From: Lophium mytilinum
Lineage: Eukaryota
Reading direction: 5' to 3'
DNA length: 64,000 bases
NCBI GenBank assembly: GCA_010093605.1
Contig: MU004199.1
Coordinates: 744,001-808,000, forward strand
Made by a program: the position numbers and the translations under genes
Shown here: in pieces, positions 13,123-25,459 of the stretch
Numbering within the stretch: the stretch's first letter is position 1
Layout: each line of letters begins with the position of its first letter
The notes under the pieces: generated by a model
What the model saw: the letters and a program-made list of their open reading frames with translations, nothing else
What the model was told of the DNA's origin: nothing
Database searches by the model: none

Positions 13123-13489
13123 ATCGAGGAAGTTCTGTGGATCTTGTTTGACAATTGGGGATATCGCCTGATGTCCTCCCGAGAGTAGACGAAGAGAAGG
13201 ACCGTTTGAGAGCTACTGTATGATTTGCAGACCCGTTGCAATGGACTGAAGGTTGGAAGGATATCTCGGATCGTAGAAGGTGCAAATTCTAGGAAGATAA
13301 TATGAGAATTGTGTGCGTTGGTCATGGTCCTAGCGGGATAAGAGCCATCACATGCCCCTCGTTTCAGAAATGAAATGTCACAGGGTCCTTACACTCTTGA
13401 AAAGCGGTGTGGTCGCAGGCTTGGCCATAGTGGGATGACGAGAGAGTGTTCATGGACAATATTCAGATCTCGTACGCTTCGCTAAGTCA

Positions 13490-14267
13490 TTAAAGCCAAG
13501 CCCAGGTAACCGTAACTCTTCCTTGATCTGGATCCGCAAGCTTCGCAAACATCGCAGGGCTGGCATCTAAATCTTTCGGCTCGCAGCCGGTACCTGAGCA
13601 CGCTGTTAGCACCAAGAAGCTCGAGCGCTGTTCATTTCACCCAGGCATTGACTCACATCTGTCCACAACAGTCAGGTCTACACTTTGCAGTCCTCCTTTA
13701 TATTGACGCTGCGCCCTGATCTTCCTAAAGCAAAGCGGATTCGCATTCGGATTCGACCCCTTCTGCGCCGCATCAAACACGTAATGACTGATTGACACGA
13801 TGGCGGAATTGTCATTGGAATCAATGCCGCATGCCCCCAATCCAGGTCCATAATACGTCAAATCTCCAGTATATGTTTCTGCACCATTTGGTAGAGGTAG
13901 ATTCCGATGTCTGTAAGTGTCAGCATGTGACAGCAACTGCGCAAGGGATGGCATACTGTTTCTTATGCCCAAGGCCAACCGCGAGACCAATTATGAGGGC
14001 CAAGAGAGCTAAAACTAGTACTCCTAGGCATATAAGAAAGACGCGCCGACTGCGCCCAAGGTACTTCTTGTGTGGAGGGAGAAGGCGGTTAAACCGGTCA
14101 GTCAACGTCGTGCTTGCGCCTGCGAATGCGCCGAGCTTGATATTCGTGGTTTTTCGACCAGTTTCGAGGGGAGCCTCCCACTCGGGCGCAGGTCCGTTGC
14201 GCTGGTATGTTGGAGGCAGTTCCTTGCGCGGTACCTGTGGTGTTGATTTGAGTTCTTCGGTCGACAT
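13490..14267 (-). CDS. RlpA-like double-psi beta-barrel / expansin-like (Asp f7-like) protein with N-terminal TM anchor, 3 exons
   Basis: TM segment in exon 1; YTGDLTYYGPGLGACG, NPNANPLC, VVDRC|TGC..DLDASPAMFAKLADPDQGRVTVTWAWL* across two GT-AG introns. Confidence 0.9.
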
Positions 14268-14800
14268 GTTTACTGGCGCGTAGGATTGAAGTTCAGCAAA
14301 GGCCTAGAAAGCGTGTGGATATTGTGACTGACTTCGCGTCACGGCATCTTCAAAACGAGGGGAAGTTCAGTGATAGCGTCACTGGCATGAAAATGCGCCG
14401 CAGCTCGGTGGTGAGACTGGTCGTGGTGTTCTCGGGAGGGTTCAGGGGGTCCACTAAAGCTTAATTCTCCGCCCATGAGCACGTGAGCAAGGCTGATATA
14501 GTAGCTCAGTAGACCAATCACATCGCGCAATCGCATATCCAAGTAGCTAAACTTTAGCTCAGTTCTGTAGCGTAAGGCACGCCGTGTCCGCGTCACCGGG
14601 CAAGGGAGACATCAAGCAATACAGTAAGCAATACCGTCTTCACCGAGCGTATATATACGCCCACCTTGGCAGGTCATCGAGTACATACAACTACACAGGC
14701 ACTCCATACTAGTCATTCGAAAATTCTCTCTCTATTCTAGGCTATCTATTCCAGCTACCCTCAGCGTTCTTCGTCGCCTATCTTGTCAGGAACCTGAACC

Positions 14801-15763
14801 ATGACGAAAGCTGCGGACATTCAAGCGGGGCCTATGGCGCACACGGGCGCGCTCGTAACGAAAACTGTTCACAAGACTCCGTCCCCAGCTCTGGATCCTC
14901 GAAAGGTTACTTTGCCAAGGCCGTTCGTAGTGGCAATCACAGGAAGCGGTCGAGGCCTAGGTGAGGAGTATGTAAAGGCATGCGCACAAGCAGGATTGTT
15001 CTTGCAGCACGATCAGAAGACGAACTCCAAGCTGTAGCCCAAACGATATCAGAGATTGTTCGGGAAATGGATGGTGAGACGAAATTCAGTATTGTGAAAT
15101 GCGACGTGACCGTGGAGGCAGACGTCAAGAATTTGGAAAAGATTATCAAAGAAGAGCACGGTCGGCTGGATGTTCTGGTGAATAACGCCGGCTTCTTAGA
15201 TGTCGCGGGCTGGAAACCACTCACTGAGGGTAACCCTGAAGACTTCAAGAAGACGTTTGATGTCAATATTTACGGAGTTTATCTGGTCACTCGGACACTT
15301 CTTCCCGTACTGTTTGGTTCTGAAGGAGGTGCGAAGACGGTAGTTGGGATTAGCAGCATGTCCTCTCATTTTGCGAGCTATTCAATTAGCTATGGCATGT
15401 CAAAGCTAGCCCTCAATCGATTCATCGAGTTTCTAAGTAAGGAGTATGAAAAGGAAGGGCTCATGGCGCACGCACTTCATCCAGGAGGTGTGCGGACGAA
15501 GATGAGCACGTCCGAGGCAGTACCTACGGATCTCCAGAAGTGTAAGATTCAAACACGCAAACTATGTTCTGTACTAACGAACGGATGTAGTCCTTCAGCA
15601 TGATGCGTCTCTTTCTGCATGGTTCCTTGTGTGGTTGACAAAGGAAAAAAGGGATTGGCTGAGTGGTAGATGGTTAGCTTCAACGTGGGATGTAGAAGGG
15701 TTGGAAGCGCAGAAAGAAGATATCGTGAAGGAAGACAAGTTCAAGTTTAGAATGGTGGTTTGA
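14801..15763 (+). pseudogene. Short-chain dehydrogenase/reductase (SDR) with an apparent frameshift near 14990-14996 (pseudogene or sequence error)
   Basis: TGSGRGLG motif in one frame; IVLAARS, CDVT, LDVLVNNAG, YGMSK and HPGGV in another. One canonical intron (15542-15590) leads to WLSGRWLASTWDV...RMVV*. Confidence 0.7.
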
Positions 15764-16486
15764 GAGTTATGCCGACCTGAGATGAAAATTAGGCAGACAT
15801 AGAAGGGCTCTATATTTCTCGTCCGTTCTACCTTGGTATGGATGAACCAAGTCGTCATTATTATAGTCATAGCACGTTGTTTTGCGCACTTTTTCTTGAC
15901 ACCGCCTGAAGTACACATTTGGGCTTTCCAAACTCCAAATACGAGGCATGAAACCTGAGCACTGGTCTATTCGTGGTCCCAAGCTCATGACCTGTTATTG
16001 TAGCCTAACGCGATTCAGAAAAGATAATTAGCATGTATATATGACACCCCCTAAACGGCGATTTCCGGATCTTGATGCTATTCTCCGAATCTCGCTGGTT
16101 GGGGCGATATTCCGTGACATTTGTTTGGGAGGTCACAAATCTAGCTGCGGACAGAGCTTGTACGAACATCGGTGTGGCCCAACAAGGAAATCAGACTTTG
16201 AAAGTATTAAGTAGCGCCTTAGGATGAAAGGAGTCTAGAAACAAAGTTGATGAGCGTTGCCTGTGAAATGGTGCACATGACCAGGTAGAACAGATCGCCT
16301 CGCCACCTGCCAAAACGTCATGCTCCGCCCGGACCTCGCCAAGCCGCCTCCAGCCTCACCGTGCCCAAAGCTCTCGTTATCACCACCGCTCTCCACCTCT
16401 CCACCCTCTCCACCTCGCCCCAGCTTCTGCCAGAAGCACACCCACGATCCTCCCGTAGTCTCACCACTCAAACATCCTCCTCAACC

Positions 16487-17195
16487 ATGAAGGCTGCGAC
16501 TCTCCTCGCGTCTGTGACGCTGGCTTCTGCCGCCTTTGCTGTCGCCGCACCCGCGCCTGCACCAGCTTGGCTTCCTGGTCAGATCTCAATCAACGAGGAC
16601 TTCGCAGTGCCAGGCGACAACCCGCTGTTCTTCTGCTCAGACCCAGCCGACGATATTCTGACCATCGAGAATGTCGATCTGAGCCCCAACCCGCCAGAGA
16701 AGTAAGTCTCATCTCGAACCGGGACTATAGATGAGGCCTCCGAGTCAGTCGGAGACCATACAGACCTCTCTTTGTATGGTCTAGTGACTACTACCGGGTT
16801 CTTAAGTCTTCATGCAAGAAAACTGGCTAACGCTGTGTTCACAGAGGCAAGACGCTCACCATCAAGGCGAAAGGCACTCTAAACGAAGCTATTGAGGACG
16901 GCGCCAAGGTGCACCTACAAGTCAAATACGGTCTCATCACTCTTATCAACCAAGAAGCCGACTTGTGCGAGCAAGTCAAGCAGGTGGATCTAGAATGTCC
17001 TCTTGATAAGGGCAAGCTAGTGTTGAGCAAGGATGTCGATCTACCCAGGGAGATCCCACCGGTCCGTACTCCGAACCTTTTGGACTGCTGGAAATACTAA
17101 CGGTCGTTATGCAGGGGAAATACACTGTCCTCGCCGACGTCTTCACCAAGGACAACGAGAAGATCACTTGCCTCACGGCACATATCAGCTTTTAA
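16487..17195 (+). CDS. NPC2: ML-domain phosphatidylglycerol/phosphatidylinositol transfer protein (NPC2-like), 3 exons
   Basis: Signal peptide [68 protein letters not shown] motifs; introns 16702-16844 and ~17062-17114. Confidence 0.92.
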
Positions 17196-17749
17196 GTTTG
17201 AGCATGCGTGAGCTGAGATGGAGAAGCGGGCCCACGAAGCTGGGAATAATAGGCTCATTGGCAGAACTAGGATGTTTGTTTACTTTAACCAGTTGAGTTG
17301 TATCAACTACAGGAACATGGGTCTGACGATGATTGATGCGACACTTTTCTTCTCATTTCCTCATGCATATATCCTCTCTGATTCCCTCTGGTCTCAGGTT
17401 GGCATCTGTCTGGGTGGAGTTCTTTTGGTAGTGATTTTTCAGCCTGTTCAAGTTTTGATATCAGTGACAGAGGCAACCGCAAGCAACCGGGAACATTGAA
17501 CATATGGATTGAAGCAACGTCTCATGGCATGACGATTGACATATGTTACATTATATCGTCTTTCTACTACACATGAGCCTCGTACTTGAATGCCATCTCG
17601 GAGGCTTTACTGCAATGCATCCCGAAGTTCATATCCAGTTACACTGGATAAGTACCATCACTCGAGATTGAAAGACTGCCGCTTCCACATATACATATGA
17701 CGAACCTCGCCAGCCTCCATCTGACTGCCGCAGCTCCGTGGCCGTCCCC

Positions 17750-18328
17750 TTACTCTCCAAATAACCTCCGCACGCGCTTCAACACACTATCCTTATCTGG
17801 ATCGTACGGGTGGTCCTTTGACGGGATTTCGAGTAAACTCGGGAAAGCGGCGGTGTAGGTATCTACGCGATGTCGTATACGCTCCGCAATCTACTCAGCG
17901 ATCAGCACCAATATTGCTTTTTCTATACATAGATTGAGTCTTGGATGGGGGCAAGGAATGGGTCTATGCAAGCTGGAAAAAGGCCAACATACGTGCTGGT
18001 TTATGAGTAATATGGCAATGTCCTTCCTCTGTGTGGTGAATAGGTCGAACGCCGCTTCAATGGCGGAGGTCTCGGTTTTGGCATCGACGACGAGAAAGTT
18101 CTTCTGCGAGTCTGGAGGCTGGGTGACGTGCTGGACAAATAGTCAGCCTACTGAAATTCCACGGATAGAGCGTGCTCTTACGCCGACTCCTGCAAGAAGC
18201 AGACCTGTGACTGAATCCTGTGCCTCCAGTTAGGGTATGGGAGCTAGAGGACGACGATTCACTCTTACTTCATCTCCAATGACAGCGAGGAATTGGCGGT
18301 CCTTGTAAGCGGAGGCGGGCTGCGCCAT
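17750..18328 (-). CDS. VMA7: V-type ATPase subunit F, 4 exons
   Basis: Spliced translation [44 protein letters not shown]...[56 protein letters not shown]. Missed by the ORF track because the exons are short. Confidence 0.96.
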
Positions 18329-18692
18329 GCTTGTAGGGGTATCAAGTAGTATTGGCCTTCCTGTTAATTCTTCCTCCCTCGTTCCTGAGCTGGCTGTTGG
18401 ACGTTGGAGCTGATGTTGCAGGGTTGAAGTGGGGAGCTCTGGCCGTGCTGTCGATGGTAGCTCCGCGCCGACGTTGAGCCGACGAGAACTAAAACGCCTT
18501 TGTTTACTCTTCCATCAAACTTCCTTCATCAATCTGCTGGATAGCATGCCGTGAACGCCCCCTCACAAGCCTTGGGGCGCAACATGTATGCGTTTTTCAG
18601 CGAAGCTCTCCCCGAACGCCGCTGAGCTGTACACTACCGGGTCACTCTAAGGTTACCTTCCAACCACTTCACCCCGGCCACCAAACATCACC

Positions 18693-20143
18693 ATGCCCCG
18701 CCTGGTCCGTCGCGCGCCGCTGTCTGAGCGCCTCGCAGCCTATCTGAATCCGCTGGACTTCCTACTATGGCTTTCGGAGGAGCTGAATGGGAATGACTGG
18801 GACGAATTCCAGCGCGCCTATGCGCTGCCTATCGGAATTGGCATGAATGTGGTCTTCATCATTGGACGGGCGAATTCAAAGCCAGGGAAGAGCAATGATT
18901 ACGATGTCTTCGCAGATTCCAGGAAATACGGTAGTGGATGGTTCAGTGCCGGAGTAAGTGACGTCTTCGCTATATGGATGAAATCTGTCTAACAGTCTCC
19001 CAGATAGCTTTCCTCATATACCTCCTCACCACTATTTCCTTCCTTAATGCTTGGTACACCTTCTCCCACAAGCGCCACTACCGCTTGTTCGAACAGTCGG
19101 TCGATGTACCTCCATCCACTCCTTCAGCCCATCGAGTCCGCGTGGACTCTTCCCCGATAGCATCATCGCCTCTTCGCTTTCTCTCGAACATGATGTCAGG
19201 CGCAACAGCAGAATCTCGAGCCCACCCGGACGCTGCACGGGATGTCTGGGAAGTTGCAGTGTGGGATCCAAACCCCCTCTGCCTGGAATTGTTCTGCTGG
19301 TTCAGTCCAGTCCACGTCATGACCTACTACTTCTTCCTCCCACTCGCCCCTCTGGAGCCTCAGCCAATGTCAAAGATTGTGACCATGATATCCGTGGTAG
19401 CCCTTCTTTCTGTACAGCTACAGTTCCTCCGGACGAGCTTCTTACAGCAGTCGAAAGACTCAGCCCTGATCCAGCGCGAGGTCATGAACGAATACGACAC
19501 CAAATTCGTGCACCCAGCTCTCCAAAAACCAGTCCGCGACGTCGGAGTCCAGATGCCACCACCAAAACGGCGAGAATCAGGCCGCGGCATCATCACAGAA
19601 GTCGACACTTATACCCCAACCACCATCATCAACCGTGGCTTCCGCACAAACCCCAACCCGAGCTACGCCTCTCAATACGACCCCGAGGACAACCTCAGCA
19701 AGCCAGAACCTCGTGTATCTCGTCGGTCGTCTATGACACCCTCTCTTCATAACGCGAACGGATACTTCCCACCCGTCTCGACGTCAACATCAACAGCCGA
19801 TTTCTCCTCACCAATCCGCCCCGTGAAACAGCTCCCAGCAATGCGCCAGCCCAAATTCCGACAATCGGACGTTGGATCCGGAGACGGCGGTAGCTTGGGT
19901 GTGTACAGCCACGCCGCATCGCCACTCAGGAAAGCTGCTTCCACGAACCAGCTCCACCGCAATGCCAATGGCGAAAGAAGGCGCGAGCTGAGCCCGGAGA
20001 AGCGCGAAGGTAGCCCGCTGAAGCGAATGAGCACAGCCGCAGTCGGGGAAGGAAGGACTACGGGAGCTACGCCACAGCGGTTTCCGCAGCAGACGCAGTA
20101 TGGAGGCTTAGGCGTTGGACGGAGGGAGAGTGGACGCTTTTAG
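18693..20143 (+). CDS. Nuclear rim protein Nur1/Mug154-like membrane protein, 2 exons
   Basis: MPRLVRRAPLSERLAAYLNPLDFLLWLSEE, RHYRLFE, VWEVAVWDP..LFCWFSPVHV, EVMNEYDTKFVHP motifs; one GTAAGT..CTAAC..CAG intron at ~18954-19003. Confidence 0.85.
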
Positions 20144-20314
20144 CTTGAACGGTGGAGTGGTGTGGGTATGCGGCGTTTGAGTGGGATGGGATGTATAATA
20201 GCTCTGATGGCGATACAGATACCACATATGCATAGGCTTAGCTGTTAGGTTGTTCCTAATTCACTTTTTTTCTGATCTCATAAACACTCCGAATTCAGTC
20301 TTCCTTGGCCCAGC

Positions 20315-20605
20315 CCGAAATACAAGGTCTGATATGGCTTGTCTTCCAATAGTATGCCAAAAAGGACGTTAAACCGCACGGACTGGCTTCACTTCATACA
20401 TCTCACAACACTCAAATCAACCCAATACACACGACCTAATCTGAAGTGCCTAGCAATAATATGCCAAAAACCACTTCAAATTATACGGACTGGCTCCACT
20501 TTATACATCTCACCACCGCCAATTCAACCTCCTTTCCGTAGTCTGATTTAGGATGTTAGGAGCTGGGCTTGTTACATGGCCTAATCTACAGTTCGCGGAA
20601 ATAGC
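20315..20605 (-). repeat. Dispersed repeat family, copy A (two ~107-bp units plus flank), inverted relative to copy B
   Basis: Reverse complement aligns colinearly with 27810-28105; core ATACATCTC at 20396 and 20503. Confidence 0.9.
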
Positions 20606-20699
20606 ATAGCAAAATAGCTATCCTAATCCTATCTTCGTGAACCCACCCTTCCTTGATCTCCTACCCTCGTTCCCCACCACTCCCTACATCATCGAAGCC

Positions 20700-21347
20700 T
20701 CAAACGCTCCGCCCATCCACACCCCGGATCCGCAACCGTGTCAAATCAAGGTCGTGGAACTGCCGCACCTACTCCGTGTTAGCCCTGCTCGAGGTGAAAT
20801 CGTTGTCTGCTTGGAAGGGGAGTAGGACACTCACGTTCACGGCTTTGATGTCCATGGGCTTGAAGCTCGGGTCGCAGCTCTGCGCGAAGAGGCTGCTGCC
20901 GCAGCGGGGGCAGAAGAAGTGGGCGACGCGTTCTTTGGCGAAGGTGTAGCGCTGGTGGGGTGGTGGGTTAGCGGTGGTAGGATGGGAGGGGAGTAATGGG
21001 AGTAATGGGAGTAATGGGAGTAATGGGAGTAATGGGAGTAATGGGAGTAATCGTGACTACCTGGAGGCTTTCCTCTCCAGCCGTGAAAACCACTGTCTCG
21101 TGCTTTGCGTAGACGAGGAGATAGCCGTTTCGGGTGCAAATGCTGCAGTTACATTCGAAGACTTCGCGGGTGGGGTCCACGAGGGGGGGTGAGAGGGTTA
21201 CTGTGTACTAGGAGTCGTGACGTGTCAGTATAAAGAAGATGGGTGGGGTACGGTGTGAGTTCTTGTAATAAATGAGGGACTCACTTGTACGTCGCCGCAA
21301 TGGCAGCTTGCAGGGTAAGTGTGGGAAGGGGGAGGGGTAGTAGGCAT
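20700..21347 (-). CDS. CENP-V/GFA (glutathione-dependent formaldehyde-activating, Mss4-like) zinc protein, 4 exons
   Basis: Exons 21347-21285, 21207-21061, 20951-20835, 20768-20700 give SCHCGDVQY, CNCSIC, HFFCPRCGS, AVNVR motifs. Confidence 0.9.
20989..21051. repeat. (GGGAGTAAT)7 minisatellite within GFA intron 2
   Basis: Seven perfect 9-mers read directly. Confidence 0.95.
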
Positions 21348-23445
21348 TGGAGCGAGGGGGAGGAAATAGATGGGGTGGAGTGGATAAGCTATGGATGCGG
21401 TTGGAGGGGATATAAGAGGTGATAAATTTGATTGCATGCAAAAGGATATCTGTGACAGATGATCCACAATGATTTCGTTGAGCTGTTGAGCTGGCTAAGT
21501 AGGAAATATACTAGTTTTTTCAAGGTAGGCTCAGAAGTCTGCATGAACGGAACAGAGACGATCCGCCAGTTCCTTTATATACACACTTAAAGAACGCCCT
21601 GCATTTAATGTAAAGCTATACATAATTCCTGAGCCGGGCACTACGTGCACGTTGTCTTTCCCGCCCGCTGACTTCAAACTTTCCTCGGCACTTCCGTCCG
21701 TGGCCCCAAGCCCCTTCGCATCGACCGCACAAGGGGTGGCATACAGAACGGCTTTGTAGCGAGTCAGCGCACTCAACGCGTCGCCCGCGCCTCGTATCGC
21801 GCTATCATGTGCGTGGCGGCCGACAGGGCCTCAACACCTCCCACACGGCCGCGGAGATTTCAATTGCGTGAAGCCAGCCTGGGCGTGACGTTATGCAGCT
21901 GATGTTATGCGGGCGGATACGAGTTGAGTCATGCCTTACAAGGCGTTTTTAAGAACCGAGGCGTGCGGTGAGGTTTTGAGGCTGGCTATATGGAGTCGGA
22001 GAACGGAGCGATAAGACGGGGGAGTTAGGCCGGGCGCCGATGCTGTCTGTGGAGGAGATTGAGGCGTCGTGATGGGCTTGTGATGTTGAGGTGGCACGTG
22101 GGGACTGTGGTACCTGAACGAGGCTGGATTTGATATGATTGGATGAGGATGTAGTGTTTTGAACGCTATAAAGATGAAAGGTGGCTTGAATAGTAATCAG
22201 AACAGCATAGGGAAAATGTTGAGAAGAATGTGGAGTTTTGTTGTGCTACCTCTCTTCACGTTTTTGGCCCGGCTTGCGAGGATGCTCTGTAGAGCTGAAA
22301 AGACGATCTTGTTTCTCGTATACATGCGTGTTCTCAGATTTATGCACACCACTTACATCCCCATGCCTACTTAACGGTTCACCTGCTGAACGGATCAGAC
22401 CGAATCCCCCGATCTGCCTGACCGTTCCTATAGTTGGATGTTGCACAGAGGTCGGAACTGGGTTCTGAAGGATGAAGAAGCTTCATGTCTCCAACCGTAT
22501 ACCTGCCCAATGTGCCACCAGTGTGCCAGTGGCGGGGAGAGCGGAGCTACTCCGGCTTAGGAGGGCTCTTTAGCGAGATTCCTCACGTGACCTTGTCTTA
22601 AGTCGTGTCGCTGTGATCATGGATGCCGAACCTGGAGCCGCAAAGCCGCAGAGAAGCCCTCGAGTGTGTGCCGCAGTTCTACAGCGTGATTGACCACGCG
22701 ACGAGGACGATTACACTACTGCAGCTTGGGATAAGGAAAGGTGCAGCAGCTCCTTGCTCAGCCCCTTCTCTCCTCGCAGCATCTTTCAGACTCCGAATGG
22801 TGGCTGCTTGGCGTGCGTCAGCATCAGAAAGAAGTTGTGGGACATATGGCACTGTCTCGACAGCTTCTCTGAGCCGAAGAGGTCACAAGTATTAGAAGGA
22901 CGTTCACTGAATCATTGGCTTTTGGTGTATGAAGTGGGCGGTTTTATTTTAAAGGAGGACGGAGGAAAAGATAGGCACGAAACAATCTGGGCTAAGAGCA
23001 GAAAAGTGGAGATGCCCCCTTTCAAGACAAGACCGCGAATCGCCAGCTTCCATCCGTGGTTGACATCCAACTCCAAGTGCTGACTGCACCGCCTCTCCCT
23101 ACTTTTGCCATATCGTCTTTCTTTCTCTATATTGCTTTCTGCGCCTGTCACTGCTGCTGCACCTTGTGGACCGCCCCCAACCTCTCTACACCTAAACCCG
23201 CGACTTCCGGAGTTCGCGCGTGCGAGTCTCTCCTGCCCAGCCTTACGCGCGTTACCTACGGACCTAATCTTCGACACTCCAACTTTGTTAACGATTTGGA
23301 TTCGCACTCGACCAGAGTCTTCTCTGTCCTTATGTGCCTAGGCCGGTCTCTTGCACACTTCCACTTGTAACATCTTGAGTGATCCCATCTACCACGAACC
23401 GCCCCCGTGAGAGTGTTGCCGCACGCCCTGCAGCACAGCAGCACT

Positions 23446-24795
23446 ATGGCCACACTCTTCAACGTGACAGTCCCGGTGGACGAGCCCGAATGGAACAGCG
23501 CGCCTGCTTGGAAGTTGCCAGGATGGGCTGAACCGATTGTACGTTGGCACAGATTTGGAGGTTTGCGACAAATGGCTAATAGTATGAGGTATAGATTGTC
23601 TCGAGTATTCTATTCGGTGCCATGGCCTTGACCAGGAGGAGGGGATACCGAGTCTTTGACAAGTCGAAATCGCGATCCGTATACACTAGACTAGAGGATC
23701 CAGATTCAAACCGATCCTCAGACGAGCTTCTCCCTTACTACTCTACCGAAGACGACGAAGAAGAGTATCCCTCGACCTCGAAACTGGCCCCGAAGAAGCG
23801 CAACTGCTGCGGGACCATCATCTATACCCCCAACACTTCGCGCTTCAAGAATAATACCCACAGCCGAGTCCTGCAACGATTCCCCTTCCTCATCGAAATG
23901 TTCTACTGGATAATTAATTACGCCTTCTACCGCATGACTTCAATTACTTCGCAAAGGATATTTGCAAAGACAGGGATTTGGAACGTTGCACAGACACATG
24001 GCATTGCTGTGCTGGAGGCGGAGCAGTTCAGTTGGATCAGCTTCCTTTTCCCAGTCCACGAACGAAGTGTTCAGCAATGGTTCATGCACGGACATCAGGA
24101 TTTCCTGACCGTGCTAAACAAATGCTATGCCTTGATCCATATCCCAGGAACCGTTGGGTACGTTTAGTCTCATCCCATCTCGTTCTTTCAGTGCACCACT
24201 GACAAATCGCAGTTTTATTTGCTGGTACTACTACGTTGCGCCATCTCACAAGACTTTTTCCACCGTGCGCCGCACCATGACCCTCACCAACTTCTGCGCT
24301 TTCATTACGTTCATTTTATACCCCTGCATGCCACCACGACTCCTTCCCGCCGAATATGGCTTCCTCGACACCGTCCGCCACGACGATGCGCAAAGTGTGT
24401 GGATGAGCGGCAAATACGTCAACACCCTAGCCGCGATGCCTTCTATGCACTTCGGCTACTCTTTCATTATCGGATTGACCATGATCTACCACTCAGGCCT
24501 ATTCCGACGCACCCTCGAGGCTGGCGAATGCCGCAAGTCTGCCTTCTGGAAGATCTTTTATCTTATCGTGGGCCTCGGATACCCCAGTTTCATCTTGACG
24601 ACCATCGTGGCTACTGCCAATCACTACTACCTGGATGCACTGGTGGCGACGTGCTTCGTGTTCTTGAGCTTCGCGTGTAACAAGGTATTCTTCGTCTTCA
24701 TTCCACTAGAGGACCTGATGCTGTGGGCGATCCGCGTGGATAAGCCTGTGCCGACTACTGGCGACAGGTTTAGGGAGCGAGGAGGACGCATATGA
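23446..24795 (+). CDS. PAP2_3 / Aur1-Ipt1-like integral membrane phosphotransferase-family protein, 3 exons
   Basis: PCMPPRLLP, AAMPSMHFGYS and TANHYYLD motifs plus multiple TM segments; introns ~23539-23593 and ~24158-24212. Confidence 0.88.
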
Positions 24796-25459
24796 TACCG
24801 CACCTTGTGTTTTCGTTGTACAGTACCCCTCCTTCAGCGTAGAAGTCGAGGCAGGCTCGTGTTTAGCATTGGGGACGAAGACGGCATGGAGTTTGGCTCC
24901 TGAACAATAGCTCTCAATATCATATAGTCGGTATCTGTTATGGAGTCTTGGAAATCCTTTCTGGTAAATACTTGACCGTGGAGGTTATCAAAATAATTAC
25001 TGTTTGATTGTTTCTATTCTATCTGTCCTTGCGCGATGCAAGGAATTCTCTACAGTAACCTAAGACTTTGATACTGTGATGATGACAATACCGCTTGGTA
25101 CAACATGGAAAGGCGCAATGGCACCCTGTTTCATATCTACGATATTAGGACTTCGGAATTAAGCGGAAGTATTTGATATCACGTGCCAACGCCGCGTGGA
25201 TCATCAGGGTTCAGCTCTCAGCCCTACGACGCGATTCAAACCACGTTCAACGTTCCACTTCCCCAACCGACAGACCACCATCGACCTACCCATTCACAGT
25301 TTCACACCATTAACGCATTACTAACGCTGCCCAAAGCACACATCCTCTATGCTCATGCCAGTTCTACGCGCGCTCTAGGTCAGACGCAACCAAATCACTG
25401 CACGTATTAAGCATGTGCTTCATCAGTACCATCCCTCAGCAGGCAAACGACGCTCGATC

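Noticed and set aside
21531..22150. Possible minus-strand gene between GFA and PAP2_3
   Set aside because: All frames are interrupted by stops; no credible splice model or motif.
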